Assembly: GCA_031177985.1 (NCBI GenBank)
Contig: JAPSJW010000006.1
Coordinates: 46,047-110,046, forward strand
Reading direction: 5' to 3'
DNA: 64,000 bases
Source of the DNA: Microbacteriaceae bacterium
GTDB taxonomy: Bacteria; Actinomycetota; Actinomycetes; Actinomycetales; Microbacteriaceae
Part shown: positions 18,904 through 28,852 of the stretch, one piece after another
Layout of the letters: every line of letters begins with the position of its first letter
Numbering within the stretch: the stretch's first letter is position 1
Notes under the pieces: model-generated
Seen by the model: only the letters and a program-made list of their open reading frames with translations
Database searches by the model: none
What the model was told of the DNA's origin: nothing
Made by a program: the position numbers and the translations under genes

Positions 18904-21423
18904 TCAGCCGCACGACGCAGCGGGGTACGCCGCGGTGAGCGAACGGTCGTCGCCTTCGGGCGCCGAGATCTCGAGGTTCACGGCCCCCGAGTCGACGGCC
19001 GGCATCCGCGTCGAGAACGACTGCGACACCGAGGCGCCCGCTTGCAGGCTCGTCACCTGCTTGCTGCCGAACGGCGATCTAAGGGTCACCGCGACCGCGA
19101 CGGAGTCGTTGTTCGTGGTGCGGACGACGATCACCGCCTTGCCCGCGAAGCACCGCGTGTACCCCTCGGCGGTGACGTCGAGCGGCAGCGCGGGAGGCTG
19201 CACATGCTCGAGCTGCCACTGCTGCGCGGGCGCGAGGTTCGCGATCGGACGGATCGCCCTCGTCGCGCTGACGACGCTCGTGTCGATGACGCCGCCCGCG
19301 TTCTGGATCTCGATCGCCAGATTCTCGAGCGCAGACGAGAAGCGCAGGAAGCCGTGTCCGGTGTCCTCGATGAACCATCGCTGCCGGGCATCGTCGGGGT
19401 TGCACGCAGAGAGGACGAGCGGAGTGCCCGGTGCGCCCTCGAGGAGGGTGATGCACTCCTGCTCGCGGCTGCCGTAGGCCGCGAGTCGATGCGTCCCGTC
19501 GTCCGCGGCGTCGAGGCGCCAGGTCTGAGCGGGGGAGGCGTCGACGCAGTCCGATTGGACAATCGACGATCCCTCCGCGGTGAGGCACTGCGTGCCCGGC
19601 GTCGGATTCTGCAGTTGATCCTCCGTCGTGACGGGGACGACCGCTCGGGCGTCGTTGCCGGAGGGCGAGGCATCGATCACGGCAGAGCCGCCGGCTTCGT
19701 CGAAGCGGTACCAGGCGATATCGCCGCCGCCGATGGACTCGCCGCCGCCCGCGGCCAGCGTGAGCGACTGCATCTCCCCAGCGCTCAGCTCTCGGCTGAA
19801 GATGTTGACGTCGTCCAGGGAGGCGTTCAGCCAAGGGTCAGCGCTGAACTGCGAGCGACCAAGCCAGTTGTTCGAGGTGAAGCCGAGGTCGGCCGGCCGC
19901 AGCGTGAACCCCTGCGTCTCACGCACGACCGAGCCGTTGACCCAGAGCTTTCCGGTGGTCCCCGACGCGGAGACGGCGACGTGCGTCCACGAAGTCCCGA
20001 TCCTCACGCTGTCACCGGAGCCTGGCAGGGTCGCACCTCGACCGTCCGCCAGGCGAACGTCGACGCGCAGCCCGGTCGGCGCGGCCGCAGACGCGGGAGA
20101 CATGAAGAAGAAGTTCTCCGTGCTGTCGCCGAAGTCGAACAGCCGAGCCCAGTCGTTGCCCGTCGTCGATCCGCGCTTGACCCACATCGCGATCGTGAAG
20201 TCGCCGTCCACCTCGCTGAGGATGCCGTCCGGCATCTCGACGTAGGCGGTCGAGCTGCCACCGTTCAGCTGCAGAGCTGAGCCGAATGGAGCGCTCGGCC
20301 CGGCGACCCTTCCGATGTCGGGCATCTCGAACGGCTTCGCCTCGCTCACGAGGCGTACGGTGCTGCCGTCCGCGTGGTGGTAGCTGCCCTCGGGCTCCGA
20401 GAAGTACGGCCAGCCGTCGCGCCACTCCATGGGTCGGATGCCCAGTGTGTTCGCGGGACGGTACGCATGGTAGGCCAGGTAGGTCACGCCGTCCTCGGTG
20501 TAGACGTCGGCACCGCCCGGTGCGCGGTAGAGCCCGGCGGGGGTGACGCCCGGCGCCGACTGCCGCGTGTCCAGGATGACCGACCCGCCGCCCTCGTCGA
20601 GACGCACGCCCGACTGGTCCACGTACGGCCCAGTGATGTTCGTCGAGCGTCCCACCGCGACCTTGTAGGTCGAGCTGGCTCCCGCGCAGCACCGGTCCCA
20701 ACTGACCACCAGGTAGTAGTAGCCGTCCCGGTAGAACAGGGCGGGACCTTCGACCGGGTTGTCGTCGGCCTGCCGCGAGGCGATGAGGGTGGGCTCGCCG
20801 ACGAGGCTCACGAGGTCGGCGCCGAGTTTCTGCACGACGATCCCGTCCCAGAACGACCCCCACGTCATCCACCAGGCGCCCTCGGCGTCCTGGATGAGGG
20901 CGGGATCGATCGCGTTGAACTCGATGTCGCCCTGGTCGGGGTTCAGTGCGCCGCTCGTGACGATCGGGCGTCCCAGGTCGACGTAGCTGCTCGGGATCGC
21001 CGGGGTCTTCGTCGTCTTCACGCCGATCGCCGACGTCGACGACCCGAAGCTCGATTGGGAGTAGTAGTAGTAGAACGTGTCGCCGATCTTCTGCAGATGC
21101 GGCGCCCACAGCGTGGTCGAGTTCGGCACCGAGTGCGTCCATTCGGCGCGGGAGACGCTCCCGACCACCGACCATGGCCCGTTCATCGTGGGCGCCGTGC
21201 GGATGGAGTTGTGCGAGCCGGCGAGGATGTACAGGCCGGAGGCTTCGTCGTAGGCCAGCGTCGGGTCGTGGACGCTCACGTCTCCGGTCAGTGCGAGCTG
21301 GCCCGAGGGTTGCGGCGCGGGAGGCGGGTCGGCGGCGTGAGCGGCGGTGGGAAGCAGCCCCACCCCGAGGGTGAGTGCGATCGCGGCGGCGATCCCTGTG
21401 GTGCGGGAGCGGACGGTAGGCAT
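18904..21423 (-). CDS. secreted multidomain glycoside hydrolase: GH43 (arabinanase-like) + LamG/concanavalin-like + ricin-B lectin + C-terminal beta-sandwich-like domain
   Basis: Signal peptide ...LLPTAAHA/AD. GH43 catalytic contexts VSVHDPTL, LWAPHL, NAIDPAL and NPVEGPALFY. A LamG-like block (FTIAMWVKRG...WTHVAVSASGTTGKLWVNG...LDDVNIF). Ricin-type QxW-like repeats (AQTWRL, RQRWFI, AQQWQL). AGGAGG lies before the ATG. Confidence 0.88.
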   Translation of the reverse strand: MPTVRSRTTGIAAAIALTLGVGLLPTAAHAADPPPAPQPSGQLALTGDVSVHDPTLAYDEASGLYILAGSHNSIRTAPTMNGPWSVVGSVSRAEWTHSVPNSTTLWAPHLQKIGDTFYYYYSQSSFGSSTSAIGVKTTKTPAIPSSYVDLGRPIVTSGALNPDQGDIEFNAIDPALIQDAEGAWWMTWGSFWDGIVVQKLGADLVSLVGEPTLIASRQADDNPVEGPALFYRDGYYYLVVSWDRCCAGASSTYKVAVGRSTNITGPYVDQSGVRLDEGGGSVILDTRQSAPGVTPAGLYRAPGGADVYTEDGVTYLAYHAYRPANTLGIRPMEWRDGWPYFSEPEGSYHHADGSTVRLVSEAKPFEMPDIGRVAGPSAPFGSALQLNGGSSTAYVEMPDGILSEVDGDFTIAMWVKRGSTTGNDWARLFDFGDSTENFFFMSPASAAAPTGLRVDVRLADGRGATLPGSGDSVRIGTSWTHVAVSASGTTGKLWVNGSVVRETQGFTLRPADLGFTSNNWLGRSQFSADPWLNASLDDVNIFSRELSAGEMQSLTLAAGGGESIGGGDIAWYRFDEAGGSAVIDASPSGNDARAVVPVTTEDQLQNPTPGTQCLTAEGSSIVQSDCVDASPAQTWRLDAADDGTHRLAAYGSREQECITLLEGAPGTPLVLSACNPDDARQRWFIEDTGHGFLRFSSALENLAIEIQNAGGVIDTSVVSATRAIRPIANLAPAQQWQLEHVQPPALPLDVTAEGYTRCFAGKAVIVVRTTNNDSVAVAVTLRSPFGSKQVTSLQAGASVSQSFSTRMPAVDSGAVNLEISAPEGDDRSLTAAYPAASCG

Positions 21424-21509
21424 CGTGCGGTCCTCCTGAGCGACGTCGTTGTCGTGGGAGCCGTCGGGCCTGCCGGGCTCCGCTTACGCCGTTCTCCCGG
21501 CGGTGGGGA

Positions 21510-21523
21510 TTACAACGTTGGAA
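21510..21523. promoter_or_regulatory. candidate LacI-family operator upstream of the GH43 gene
   Basis: TTACAACGTTGGAA is 12/14 palindromic around a central CG, with a perfect 8-bp core CAACGTTG. It lies 87-100 nt upstream of the GH43 ATG (21423, minus strand). Confidence 0.35.
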
Positions 21524-21650
21524 ACCGACAGTAGGAGCAACCCGTGCCGGCGTCAAGAGTGCGGCTTCGAGAGGGAACCCGCCGGTGGGGCGGCGCCGGT
21601 CGTCCCGAGCCCGCGAGCGCGGCTAGTCTGCTGACGACCTAGGGGGAGCA

Positions 21651-22073
21651 GTGGCGGTACGACGGCTCGTGGGCGCGCTGGTGGGCGTCGGCCGATCGCT
21701 CCGCGCCTTCCGCGGCGCGCGGCGAGCCCGTCCGGAGGAGTCGCCCGAGCAGGTCGCCGAGCGCAGAGAGCTGCTGCGCCAGTCGCTCGAGCAGCGTCGG
21801 AAGGACGCGAGACGCAACCTCTGGTGGTGCTGGCTACCCCTGCTTCTGCTCACGACGATAGTCATCGGCTTCGTCAAGTCGCTCATGGAGTACGGCGGCG
21901 ACTGGAACCGGTTCATCGATGTCGGCAGCCGAGTCGGCGGACCGGCCTGGCTGCTCGTCTTCGGCGGCGGCGCGCTCATCCTGTTCGTGCTCGGCGCGAC
22001 GGCGCGATGGATCGCGCACTCGATCCGCGAGCTGCGCGAGGTCGCGCGCACGAAGGAAGCCGAAGGCTTCTAG
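21651..22073 (+). CDS. hypothetical membrane protein (two predicted TM helices)
   Basis: 140 aa. GTG start preceded by GGGGGAG. Codon third positions are GC-rich. Hydrophobic segments WWCWLPLLLLTTIVIGFV and PAWLLVFGGGALILFVLGA. I recognise no family. Confidence 0.55.
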   Translation: MAVRRLVGALVGVGRSLRAFRGARRARPEESPEQVAERRELLRQSLEQRRKDARRNLWWCWLPLLLLTTIVIGFVKSLMEYGGDWNRFIDVGSRVGGPAWLLVFGGGALILFVLGATARWIAHSIRELREVARTKEAEGF

Positions 22074-22084
22074 AGGGATTCCGG

Positions 22085-22157
22085 TGGGCGATACCAGACT
22101 CGAACTGATGACCTCTTCCGTGTGAAGGAAGCGCGCTACCAACTGCGCCAATCGCCC
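22085..22157 (-). tRNA. tRNA-Val (anticodon CAC)
   Basis: The reverse complement folds as a cloverleaf: acceptor GGGCGAT/ATCGCCC, D-stem GCGC/GCGC, anticodon stem CTTCC/GGAAG with loop TTCACAC, T-arm ATCAG-TTCGAGT-CTGGT. 73 nt; CCA is not encoded. Confidence 0.93.
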
Positions 22158-22235
22158 TTGTCGGTGTTACATCCTGCCACATCCGCGACCGCGCCTGGGA
22201 CGCCGCATCGACACGCGCGGGGGGTGTGTCGCGAA

Positions 22236-22265
22236 TTGGCGTGACGACGGAAGTTCCGTTAGAGT
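22236..22265 (+). promoter_or_regulatory. candidate promoter for the tRNA Gly-Cys-Val operon
   Basis: TTGGCG (22236-22241), an 18-nt spacer, then TAGAGT (22260-22265). The -10 hexamer ends 25 nt before tRNA-Gly and lies in the only AT-richer stretch of this intergenic region. Confidence 0.3.
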
Positions 22266-22290
22266 TCCTGAGCACGTTGAAAAACGGCAC

Positions 22291-22363
22291 GCGGATGTAG
22301 CGCAGTTGGTAGCGCATCACCTTGCCAAGGTGAGGGTCGCGAGTTCGAGTCTCGTCATCCGCT
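22291..22363 (+). tRNA. tRNA-Gly (anticodon GCC)
   Basis: Cloverleaf: acceptor GCGGATG/CATCCGC, anticodon stem TCACC/GGTGA with loop TTGCCAA, T-arm GCGAG-TTCGAGT-CTCGT. 73 nt. Confidence 0.95.
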
Positions 22364-22404
22364 CGAGTGGAGCAGCGTCGGTTCGCCGGCGCTGTTTCGC
22401 GCAC

Positions 22405-22475
22405 GGTGGAGTGGCCGAGAGGCGAGGCAGCGGCCTGCAAAGCCGTGCACGCGGGTTCAAATCCCGTCTCCACCT
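22405..22475 (+). tRNA. tRNA-Cys (anticodon GCA)
   Basis: Acceptor GGTGGAG/CTCCACC, anticodon stem GCGGC/GCCGT with loop CTGCAAA, T-arm GCGGG-TTCAAAT-CCCGT. 71 nt. Confidence 0.95.
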
Positions 22476-22501
22476 CGCACCTCCGGGAAGCAACACCACC
22501 C

Positions 22502-22573
22502 GGGCGATTGGCGCAGCGGTAGCGCGCTTCCCTGACACGGAAGAGGTCACTGGTTCGATCCCAGTATCGCCCA
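22502..22573 (+). tRNA. tRNA-Val (anticodon GAC); CCA is encoded at 22574-22576
   Basis: Acceptor GGGCGAT/ATCGCCC, anticodon stem CTTCC/GGAAG with loop CTGACAC, T-arm ACTGG-TTCGATC-CCAGT. 72 nt. Confidence 0.95.
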
Positions 22574-22618
22574 CCACTTCTCGACCTTTCCTCGAGCCCC
22601 TCGCTGCTCTAGCCTGCG

Positions 22619-23179
22619 ATGGTGTCGATCCGAAGCGGTGTTCCCGCGGTCGTGCTCAGCACCGCCCTTCTGGTCGGATGCACCACGGCGCCGCCGGGCC
22701 CTGACCCGACCTCGGGCGGAGAGCCGACGCGGACGGCCACCGTCTCCCCGGCTCCGATCGAGGAGGAACTGACGGCGGACGGTGCGCCCTTCGAGGAGGC
22801 TCGCGAGCTCCACGATCGGGCCGACTACCCTCTGGCCCCGGATGATGCCGAACTCGATCACGTCCACTACTTCCTCGTGCGGGTCCCGACCGATTCCGGG
22901 CCCCGCGAGTATGCGCAGGGCACGGCCGTGCTCGATGCCGAGGGGGTGCCGATCGCCTACGAGGTCGCTCCGGGCGAAATCCTCGACTACGTGGAGGAGC
23001 GATTCGGTCTGCCCCCCATCTACCTCGTCGTCCTGAATCAGGTCCGCCGGGGCTACACGGGGATGCTGTACGCCGGCGACACCATCAACCTCGACGCCCA
23101 GACCATCCTCACGGTCGGCGATATCAACGGCGAGGTGCTCGCGGAACCAGCACCGGATCCGCTGCCACCGCAGCGCTGA
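22619..23179 (+). CDS. putative lipoprotein, possibly with a LysM-like C-terminal motif
   Basis: N-terminal signal with lipobox LLVG-C. A Pro/Thr-rich linker. The segment YEVAPGEILDYVEERFGLPPIYLVVLNQV...LYAGDTINL loosely resembles a LysM repeat (weak). Confidence 0.6.
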   Translation: MVSIRSGVPAVVLSTALLVGCTTAPPGPDPTSGGEPTRTATVSPAPIEEELTADGAPFEEARELHDRADYPLAPDDAELDHVHYFLVRVPTDSGPREYAQGTAVLDAEGVPIAYEVAPGEILDYVEERFGLPPIYLVVLNQVRRGYTGMLYAGDTINLDAQTILTVGDINGEVLAEPAPDPLPPQR

Positions 23180-23245
23180 GCGCTCGCGCCGGAGCGGCGG
23201 CGGGCGGGCCGGAACGGCTCCCGACGCCGCACTACAGTGGGGGGA

Positions 23246-25210
23246 ATGAACGCCCCCCGCACCGGATTCGATCTCTTCTCCGATCGCTCCGTCGTCGCCA
23301 TGCGCGTCAACGGCGAGCTCAAGGACCTGAGCGCGACGGTGACGGAGACGGATGGCGTCGAGCCGGTGACGATCGACTCTCCCGACGGGCTGTCAATCCT
23401 TCGGCACTCGACCGCCCACGTGCTCGCGCAGGCGGTGCAGCGCATCAACCCCGAGGCGAAGCTCGGCATCGGGCCGCCCGTCACCGACGGGTTCTACTAC
23501 GACTTCGACGTCGCGCATCCGTTCGTCCCCGAAGACCTGAAGGCGATCGAGAAGGAGATGGACCGGATCGTCCGCGCCGGCCAGCGGTTCATCCGCCGCG
23601 TCGTCTCGGAGGACGAGGCTCGCGCCGAGCTCGCCGCAGAGCCCTACAAGCTCGAGCTGATCGGTCTGAAGGGCGCCGCGAACGACGGAGACGACGGCGA
23701 GTCGGTCGAGGTAGGGGGCGCCGAGCTCACCATCTACGACAATGTCGATCCGCGCTCGGGCGAGGTGGCCTGGAAGGACCTCTGCCGCGGCCCGCACCTG
23801 CCGAACACCCGCATGATCGGCAACGGCTGGAAGCTCATGCGCATCGCCGGCGCCTATTGGCGCGGCTCCGAGAAGAACCCCCAGCTGCAGCGCCTCTACG
23901 GCACCGCGTGGCCCACCAAGGACGAGCTGCGCGAGTACGTCACCCGGCTCGAGGAGGCGGCGAAGCGCGATCACCGCAAGCTCGGGCGCGACCTCGACCT
24001 CTTCTCCTTCCCCGACGAGGTCGGCTCCGGCCTGTCGGTGTGGCATCCGCGCGGCGGGCTCGTCCGTTCCGAGATGGAGCAGCACGCGCGTCGCCGGCAC
24101 GTTGAGGCGGGCTACAACTACGTCTACACGCCGCACATCTCCAAGGAAGACCTGTTCTGGCAGTCGAACCACCTCGTCACCTACAAGGACGGCATGTTCC
24201 CGCCGATCCGGATGGACGAGGAGCGCGACGCCGACGGCAACGTGACCAAGCAGGGCGTCGACTACTACCTGAAGCCGATGAACTGCCCGATGCACATCCT
24301 GATCTACAAGGAGCGGGCGCGGAGCTACCGCGAGCTGCCCCTGCGGCTCACCGAGAACGGCACCGTCTACCGCAACGAGCTCTCGGGCGCGCTCAGCGGC
24401 CTCACCCGTGTGCGCGGCTTCACCCAGGACGACGCACACCTCTTCGTCACCCCCGACCAGCTCGAGGAGGAGGTCGGCAAGGTCATCGACTTCGTCATCT
24501 CGATGCTGCGCGACTTCGGCCTCACCGAGTTCGAGCTCGAGCTCTCGATGCGCGACGACGAGAAGTCGAAGTGGATCGGCAGCGACGAGTACTGGGAGTC
24601 GTCGACGGATGCGCTGCGCCGCGTCGCGATGGCGAGCGGCCTGAAGCTCACCGAGGTGCCCGGCGAGGCCGCGTTCTACGGCCCCAAGATCGACCTGAAG
24701 ACCCGCGACGCGATCGGTCGCACCTGGCAGCTCTCCACCGTGCAGGTGGACCCGAACCTGCCCGAGCGCTTCGATCTCGAGTTCACGGCGAGCGACGGCA
24801 CCAAGCAGCGCCCGATCATGATCCACCGCGCGCTGTTCGGGTCGATCGAGCGGTTCTTCGCGATCCTGCTCGAGCACTACGCCGGGGCGTTTCCCGTCTG
24901 GCTCTCGCCCGTGCAGGTCGTCGGCATCCCGGTCGCCTCCGAGTACGCGCCCTATCTGCACGAGATCGTCGAGCGGCTGCGGTCCCGCGGTGTCCGCGCC
25001 GAGGTCGATGACTCCGACGACCGGATGCAGAAGAAGATCCGTACCCACACCACGCAGAAGGTGCCGTTCCAGCTGATCGCGGGGGAGCAGGACCGCGCCG
25101 GCGGCTCGGTGAGCTTCCGCTACCGCGACGGTCGCCAGGAGAACGGCATCCCGGTCGATACGGCCATCGAGCGCATCGTCGACGCGATCGCCACCAAGGC
25201 GCAGGTCTGA
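23246..25210 (+). CDS. thrS: threonine--tRNA ligase
   Basis: [11 protein letters not shown], class II core ([29 protein letters not shown]) and a C-terminal anticodon-binding domain. ATG 23246 follows GTGGGGGGA; the track start at GTG 23237 is three codons upstream. Confidence 0.95.
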   Translation: MNAPRTGFDLFSDRSVVAMRVNGELKDLSATVTETDGVEPVTIDSPDGLSILRHSTAHVLAQAVQRINPEAKLGIGPPVTDGFYYDFDVAHPFVPEDLKAIEKEMDRIVRAGQRFIRRVVSEDEARAELAAEPYKLELIGLKGAANDGDDGESVEVGGAELTIYDNVDPRSGEVAWKDLCRGPHLPNTRMIGNGWKLMRIAGAYWRGSEKNPQLQRLYGTAWPTKDELREYVTRLEEAAKRDHRKLGRDLDLFSFPDEVGSGLSVWHPRGGLVRSEMEQHARRRHVEAGYNYVYTPHISKEDLFWQSNHLVTYKDGMFPPIRMDEERDADGNVTKQGVDYYLKPMNCPMHILIYKERARSYRELPLRLTENGTVYRNELSGALSGLTRVRGFTQDDAHLFVTPDQLEEEVGKVIDFVISMLRDFGLTEFELELSMRDDEKSKWIGSDEYWESSTDALRRVAMASGLKLTEVPGEAAFYGPKIDLKTRDAIGRTWQLSTVQVDPNLPERFDLEFTASDGTKQRPIMIHRALFGSIERFFAILLEHYAGAFPVWLSPVQVVGIPVASEYAPYLHEIVERLRSRGVRAEVDDSDDRMQKKIRTHTTQKVPFQLIAGEQDRAGGSVSFRYRDGRQENGIPVDTAIERIVDAIATKAQV

Positions 25211-25212
25211 GC

Positions 25213-25782
25213 GTGCGCGACTACGACGGGGGAGAGGTCGGAGAGCCCGAGCGCTCCACCGGCTTCGCCGCCGTGCCGGACGCGTTCCAGCGGCTCTGGA
25301 CGCCGCACCGTCTCGTCTACGTGCAGGACGACACCCAGCCGGGGACCGACGACTGCCCGTTCTGCCGGGCTCCGTCGCTTCCCGACGAGGAGGCGCTGAT
25401 CGTCGCGCGCGGAACGCACGCGTTCGTGCTGCTCAATCTCTTCCCGTACAACAGCGGTCACGTCCTCGTCTGCCCCTACCGCCACATTGCGACGTATGAC
25501 GTCGCGACGGATGAGGAGGTCGCCGAGATCGGTAGCCTCACCCAGAAGGCGATGCGCGTGATCACCGCGACCGCCGGCTCGCACGGGTTCAACATCGGCA
25601 TGAACCAGGGACGCGTCGCCGGTGCGGGGATCGCCGAGCACCTGCACCAGCACGTGGTGCCCCGGTGGGCGTACGATTCCAATTTCTTCCCGATCGTGGC
25701 GGGCACCAAGGCAGTGCCACGGCTGCTGGGAGAGGTTCGGGCGGAGCTCGCCGCCGCCTGGCCCAAGGACAACCCGGAGTAG
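25213..25782 (+). CDS. HIT family protein (histidine triad nucleotide hydrolase/transferase)
   Basis: 189 aa with the histidine triad [13 protein letters not shown] start 2 nt after the thrS stop. Confidence 0.88.
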   Translation: MRDYDGGEVGEPERSTGFAAVPDAFQRLWTPHRLVYVQDDTQPGTDDCPFCRAPSLPDEEALIVARGTHAFVLLNLFPYNSGHVLVCPYRHIATYDVATDEEVAEIGSLTQKAMRVITATAGSHGFNIGMNQGRVAGAGIAEHLHQHVVPRWAYDSNFFPIVAGTKAVPRLLGEVRAELAAAWPKDNPE

Positions 25783-25796
25783 GATCTCTAGTCGAC

Positions 25797-26688
<892 letters not shown>

Positions 26689-26699
<11 letters not shown>

Positions 26700-27285
26700 T
26701 CCCCGGGTCGGGGTCCTCGCACTCCAGGGTGACTTCCGCGAGCACCTGAAGGTGCTGACGGAGCTCGGCGCAGACGCGGTGCCGGTGCGCCGCGAGAGCG
26801 AGCTCGACTCCGTCGAGGGCCTCGTCATCCCCGGTGGGGAGTCCACCGTCATGGACAAGCTCAGCCGCACCTTCGGCCTGGCCGAGCCGCTGAAGCAGCG
26901 CATCGCCGACGGGATGCCGGTGTACGGCACCTGCGCGGGCCTCATCATGCTGAGCGACACCGTGCTCGACGGGATCGCCGGGCAGCAGACGCTCGGCGGA
27001 TTGGACGTCGCGGTGCGCCGCAACGCGTTCGGAACCCAGGTCGATTCGTTCGAGACCGACATCGACATGCCCGTCCTGGGCGACGAGCCGGTGCACGCGG
27101 TGTTCATCCGCGCGCCGATCGTCGACTCGGTGGGCGACAGGGCGTCGGCGCTCGGTGTGCTGTCCGACGGCCGGGTCGTCGCGGTGGAGCAGGGGAACCT
27201 CATGGGAACCTCGTTCCACCCCGAGATCACGGGGGAGATCCGCTTCCACGAGCGCTTCCTCGACAAGGTGCGCGCCGCCGGCTGA
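26689..27285 (+). CDS. pdxT: pyridoxal 5'-phosphate synthase glutaminase subunit PdxT
   Basis: [20 protein letters not shown], the nucleophile context GTCAGLIML, and SFHPE. GTG start overlaps the pdxS end by 11 nt. Confidence 0.93.
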
Positions 27286-27329
27286 GCCAGCCGACCCGGG
27301 GCAGCCCGACTTCGCGGCTCCCTGGGATA

Positions 27330-27950
27330 GTGGGAGTTATGCGCCTCTACGCCTTCGCGCCCGCCCGGCGCAGCCGCCAGATCCTGACGGATCTGCTCGC
27401 TGCCGGGGCCATCGTGCTCGCCGTCCTCGCGGGCGTCGTGGTGCACGGCACGGTCTCGCAACTCGCCGCCTTCGGGCGGGACGTCGCCGCCACGGGTGCC
27501 GACTTCGGCGAGTCGTTCGACGAGATCGCGGAGACGCTGAGCGGCGTCCCGCTGATCGGAGACGGCATCCGCGCGCCCTTCGACGCCGTGTCGGACGGGG
27601 CATCGTCACTGGAGCAGCTGGGCCGGGAGCACGAGCAGACCGTGCGACGGTTCGCGGTCGCGGCCGGGATCGCGACGACGGGGTTCCCTGTCCTCCTCGT
27701 GCTGCTGCTGTGGCTGCCTCCCCGGATGCGATTCGCTCGCCGAGCCTCCGCCACCGCGACGGTCGCGCAGCTTCCCGGCGGCGACGATCTGCTGGCGCTG
27801 CGAGCGCTCTCGGCTCAGCCGGTCGCGACGTTGGCGAGAGTCGCACCGGATGTGGCGGATGCGTGGCGCCGGGGAGATCGTGGGGTCGTCGCGGCACTGG
27901 CGGACCTCGAGCGAGAGTCGGCGGGTCTGCCGCGAGCGCGCAGAGCGTGA
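27330..27950 (+). CDS. hypothetical membrane protein
   Basis: 206 aa. Two hydrophobic helices (ILTDLLAAGAIVLAVLAGVVV; AAGIATTGFPVLLVLLLWL). GC-rich third positions. I recognise no family. The start (GTG 27330 or ATG 27339) is uncertain. Confidence 0.55.
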   Translation: MGVMRLYAFAPARRSRQILTDLLAAGAIVLAVLAGVVVHGTVSQLAAFGRDVAATGADFGESFDEIAETLSGVPLIGDGIRAPFDAVSDGASSLEQLGREHEQTVRRFAVAAGIATTGFPVLLVLLLWLPPRMRFARRASATATVAQLPGGDDLLALRALSAQPVATLARVAPDVADAWRRGDRGVVAALADLERESAGLPRARRA

Positions 27951-27970
27951 CCAGGCCCGGGCCGGCCGGA

Positions 27971-28852
27971 TCATCCGTCGAGCAGCCGCCGCGCCCACCG
28001 CAGCGCAGGACCCGCCTGCGCCGCTTGGAAGGCGCGCAGTCCTTCCAGCGCCGGCGGCTCCGGAAGCGACGCCGACCACAGCAGCCAGCCGGCCCATCCG
28101 CCGACGACCGGGAGCAGGCGCTCGGCGGTGACGTCGGGACGGAACCGCCGGAACAGCTCGTACGCGTCGCCCCCTCCCTCGAGCTCGACGCTGGGGAGGA
28201 AGAAGGGGAGGTCGAGCCAGTCGGCTCCGCGGATCGCGTGCGGCCAGTCGACCAGTCGCACCCCCGTCGAGGTCAGCAGGAGGTTGTCCGACCGCACGTC
28301 GAAGTGCACCAGGGCGTCGCCTCCGGCGGCGTGGGCGACCGCGTCGCCCTCCAGGGAGCGGAGCTGCCGCGTCCACCCCGGCATCGGCTCCTCGAGGCGC
28401 GACCAGCCGACCAGCATCCGCGGCAGCACCTCCGACGCGGCCCGCAGGCCCTGTGGAGCGGCATGAGAAGCGACCCGGGCGAGCTCGGCGGCGACAGCCT
28501 CCAGATCGGTGTCCGTCCACGGCGCTCCGGGCGATCGCCCGTCGACCGCCTCGATCGCCAGCACCAGCCAGTCGTCGATCGCAAGGCTCCACAGCAGGGA
28601 GGGCGCGACGCCCGACGGGAGCGCCGCCATCACCTCCGCCTCCCGTGCGTGGAACTCGGCCGCCTGCGCATTCACCGCGGCCGACACCGCCTTCAGGAAG
28701 ACCCGGTCGCCGGCGTCGGTCTCGAGGACGGCGGCGAGCCCAGGGCTGAAGCCTCTCGCCGCGCTCCGAGCCGTGAGGACCCGCCCCAGGCGCCCCTCGA
28801 CGGCCCCGCGCACATGCGCAGGAAGCTCCTCCCACGCGGGCCGACGCCTCAT
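27971..28852 (-). CDS. aminoglycoside/choline-kinase-like phosphotransferase (APH family)
   Basis: Starts [14 protein letters not shown] (ATG 28852). Catalytic loop HFDVRSDNLL (HxDxxxxN), followed by LVDWPHA. The upstream 135 codons of track ORF 27971..29257 are another frame of the next gene. Confidence 0.8.
   Translation of the reverse strand: MRRRPAWEELPAHVRGAVEGRLGRVLTARSAARGFSPGLAAVLETDAGDRVFLKAVSAAVNAQAAEFHAREAEVMAALPSGVAPSLLWSLAIDDWLVLAIEAVDGRSPGAPWTDTDLEAVAAELARVASHAAPQGLRAASEVLPRMLVGWSRLEEPMPGWTRQLRSLEGDAVAHAAGGDALVHFDVRSDNLLLTSTGVRLVDWPHAIRGADWLDLPFFLPSVELEGGGDAYELFRRFRPDVTAERLLPVVGGWAGWLLWSASLPEPPALEGLRAFQAAQAGPALRWARRLLDG

Noticed and set aside
22085-22573. Two near-identical tRNA-Val genes in inverted orientation bracketing tRNA-Gly and tRNA-Cys. 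I considered an invertible segment, or a tRNA-targeted integration site with an island.
   Set aside because: They are isoacceptors (CAC vs GAC) with normal cloverleaves. No integrase or recombinase is nearby, I saw no direct repeat of a tRNA 3' end, and the flanking genes are ordinary (a lipoprotein and thrS). The Val/Gly-Cys-Val arrangement is common in actinobacteria.
22306-22704. Track ORFs 22306..22704(+), 22317..22577(-) and 21976..22473(-) spanning the tRNA cluster.
   Set aside because: They are composed of tRNA gene sequence and spacers. They have no RBS, no coding bias and no family resemblance.
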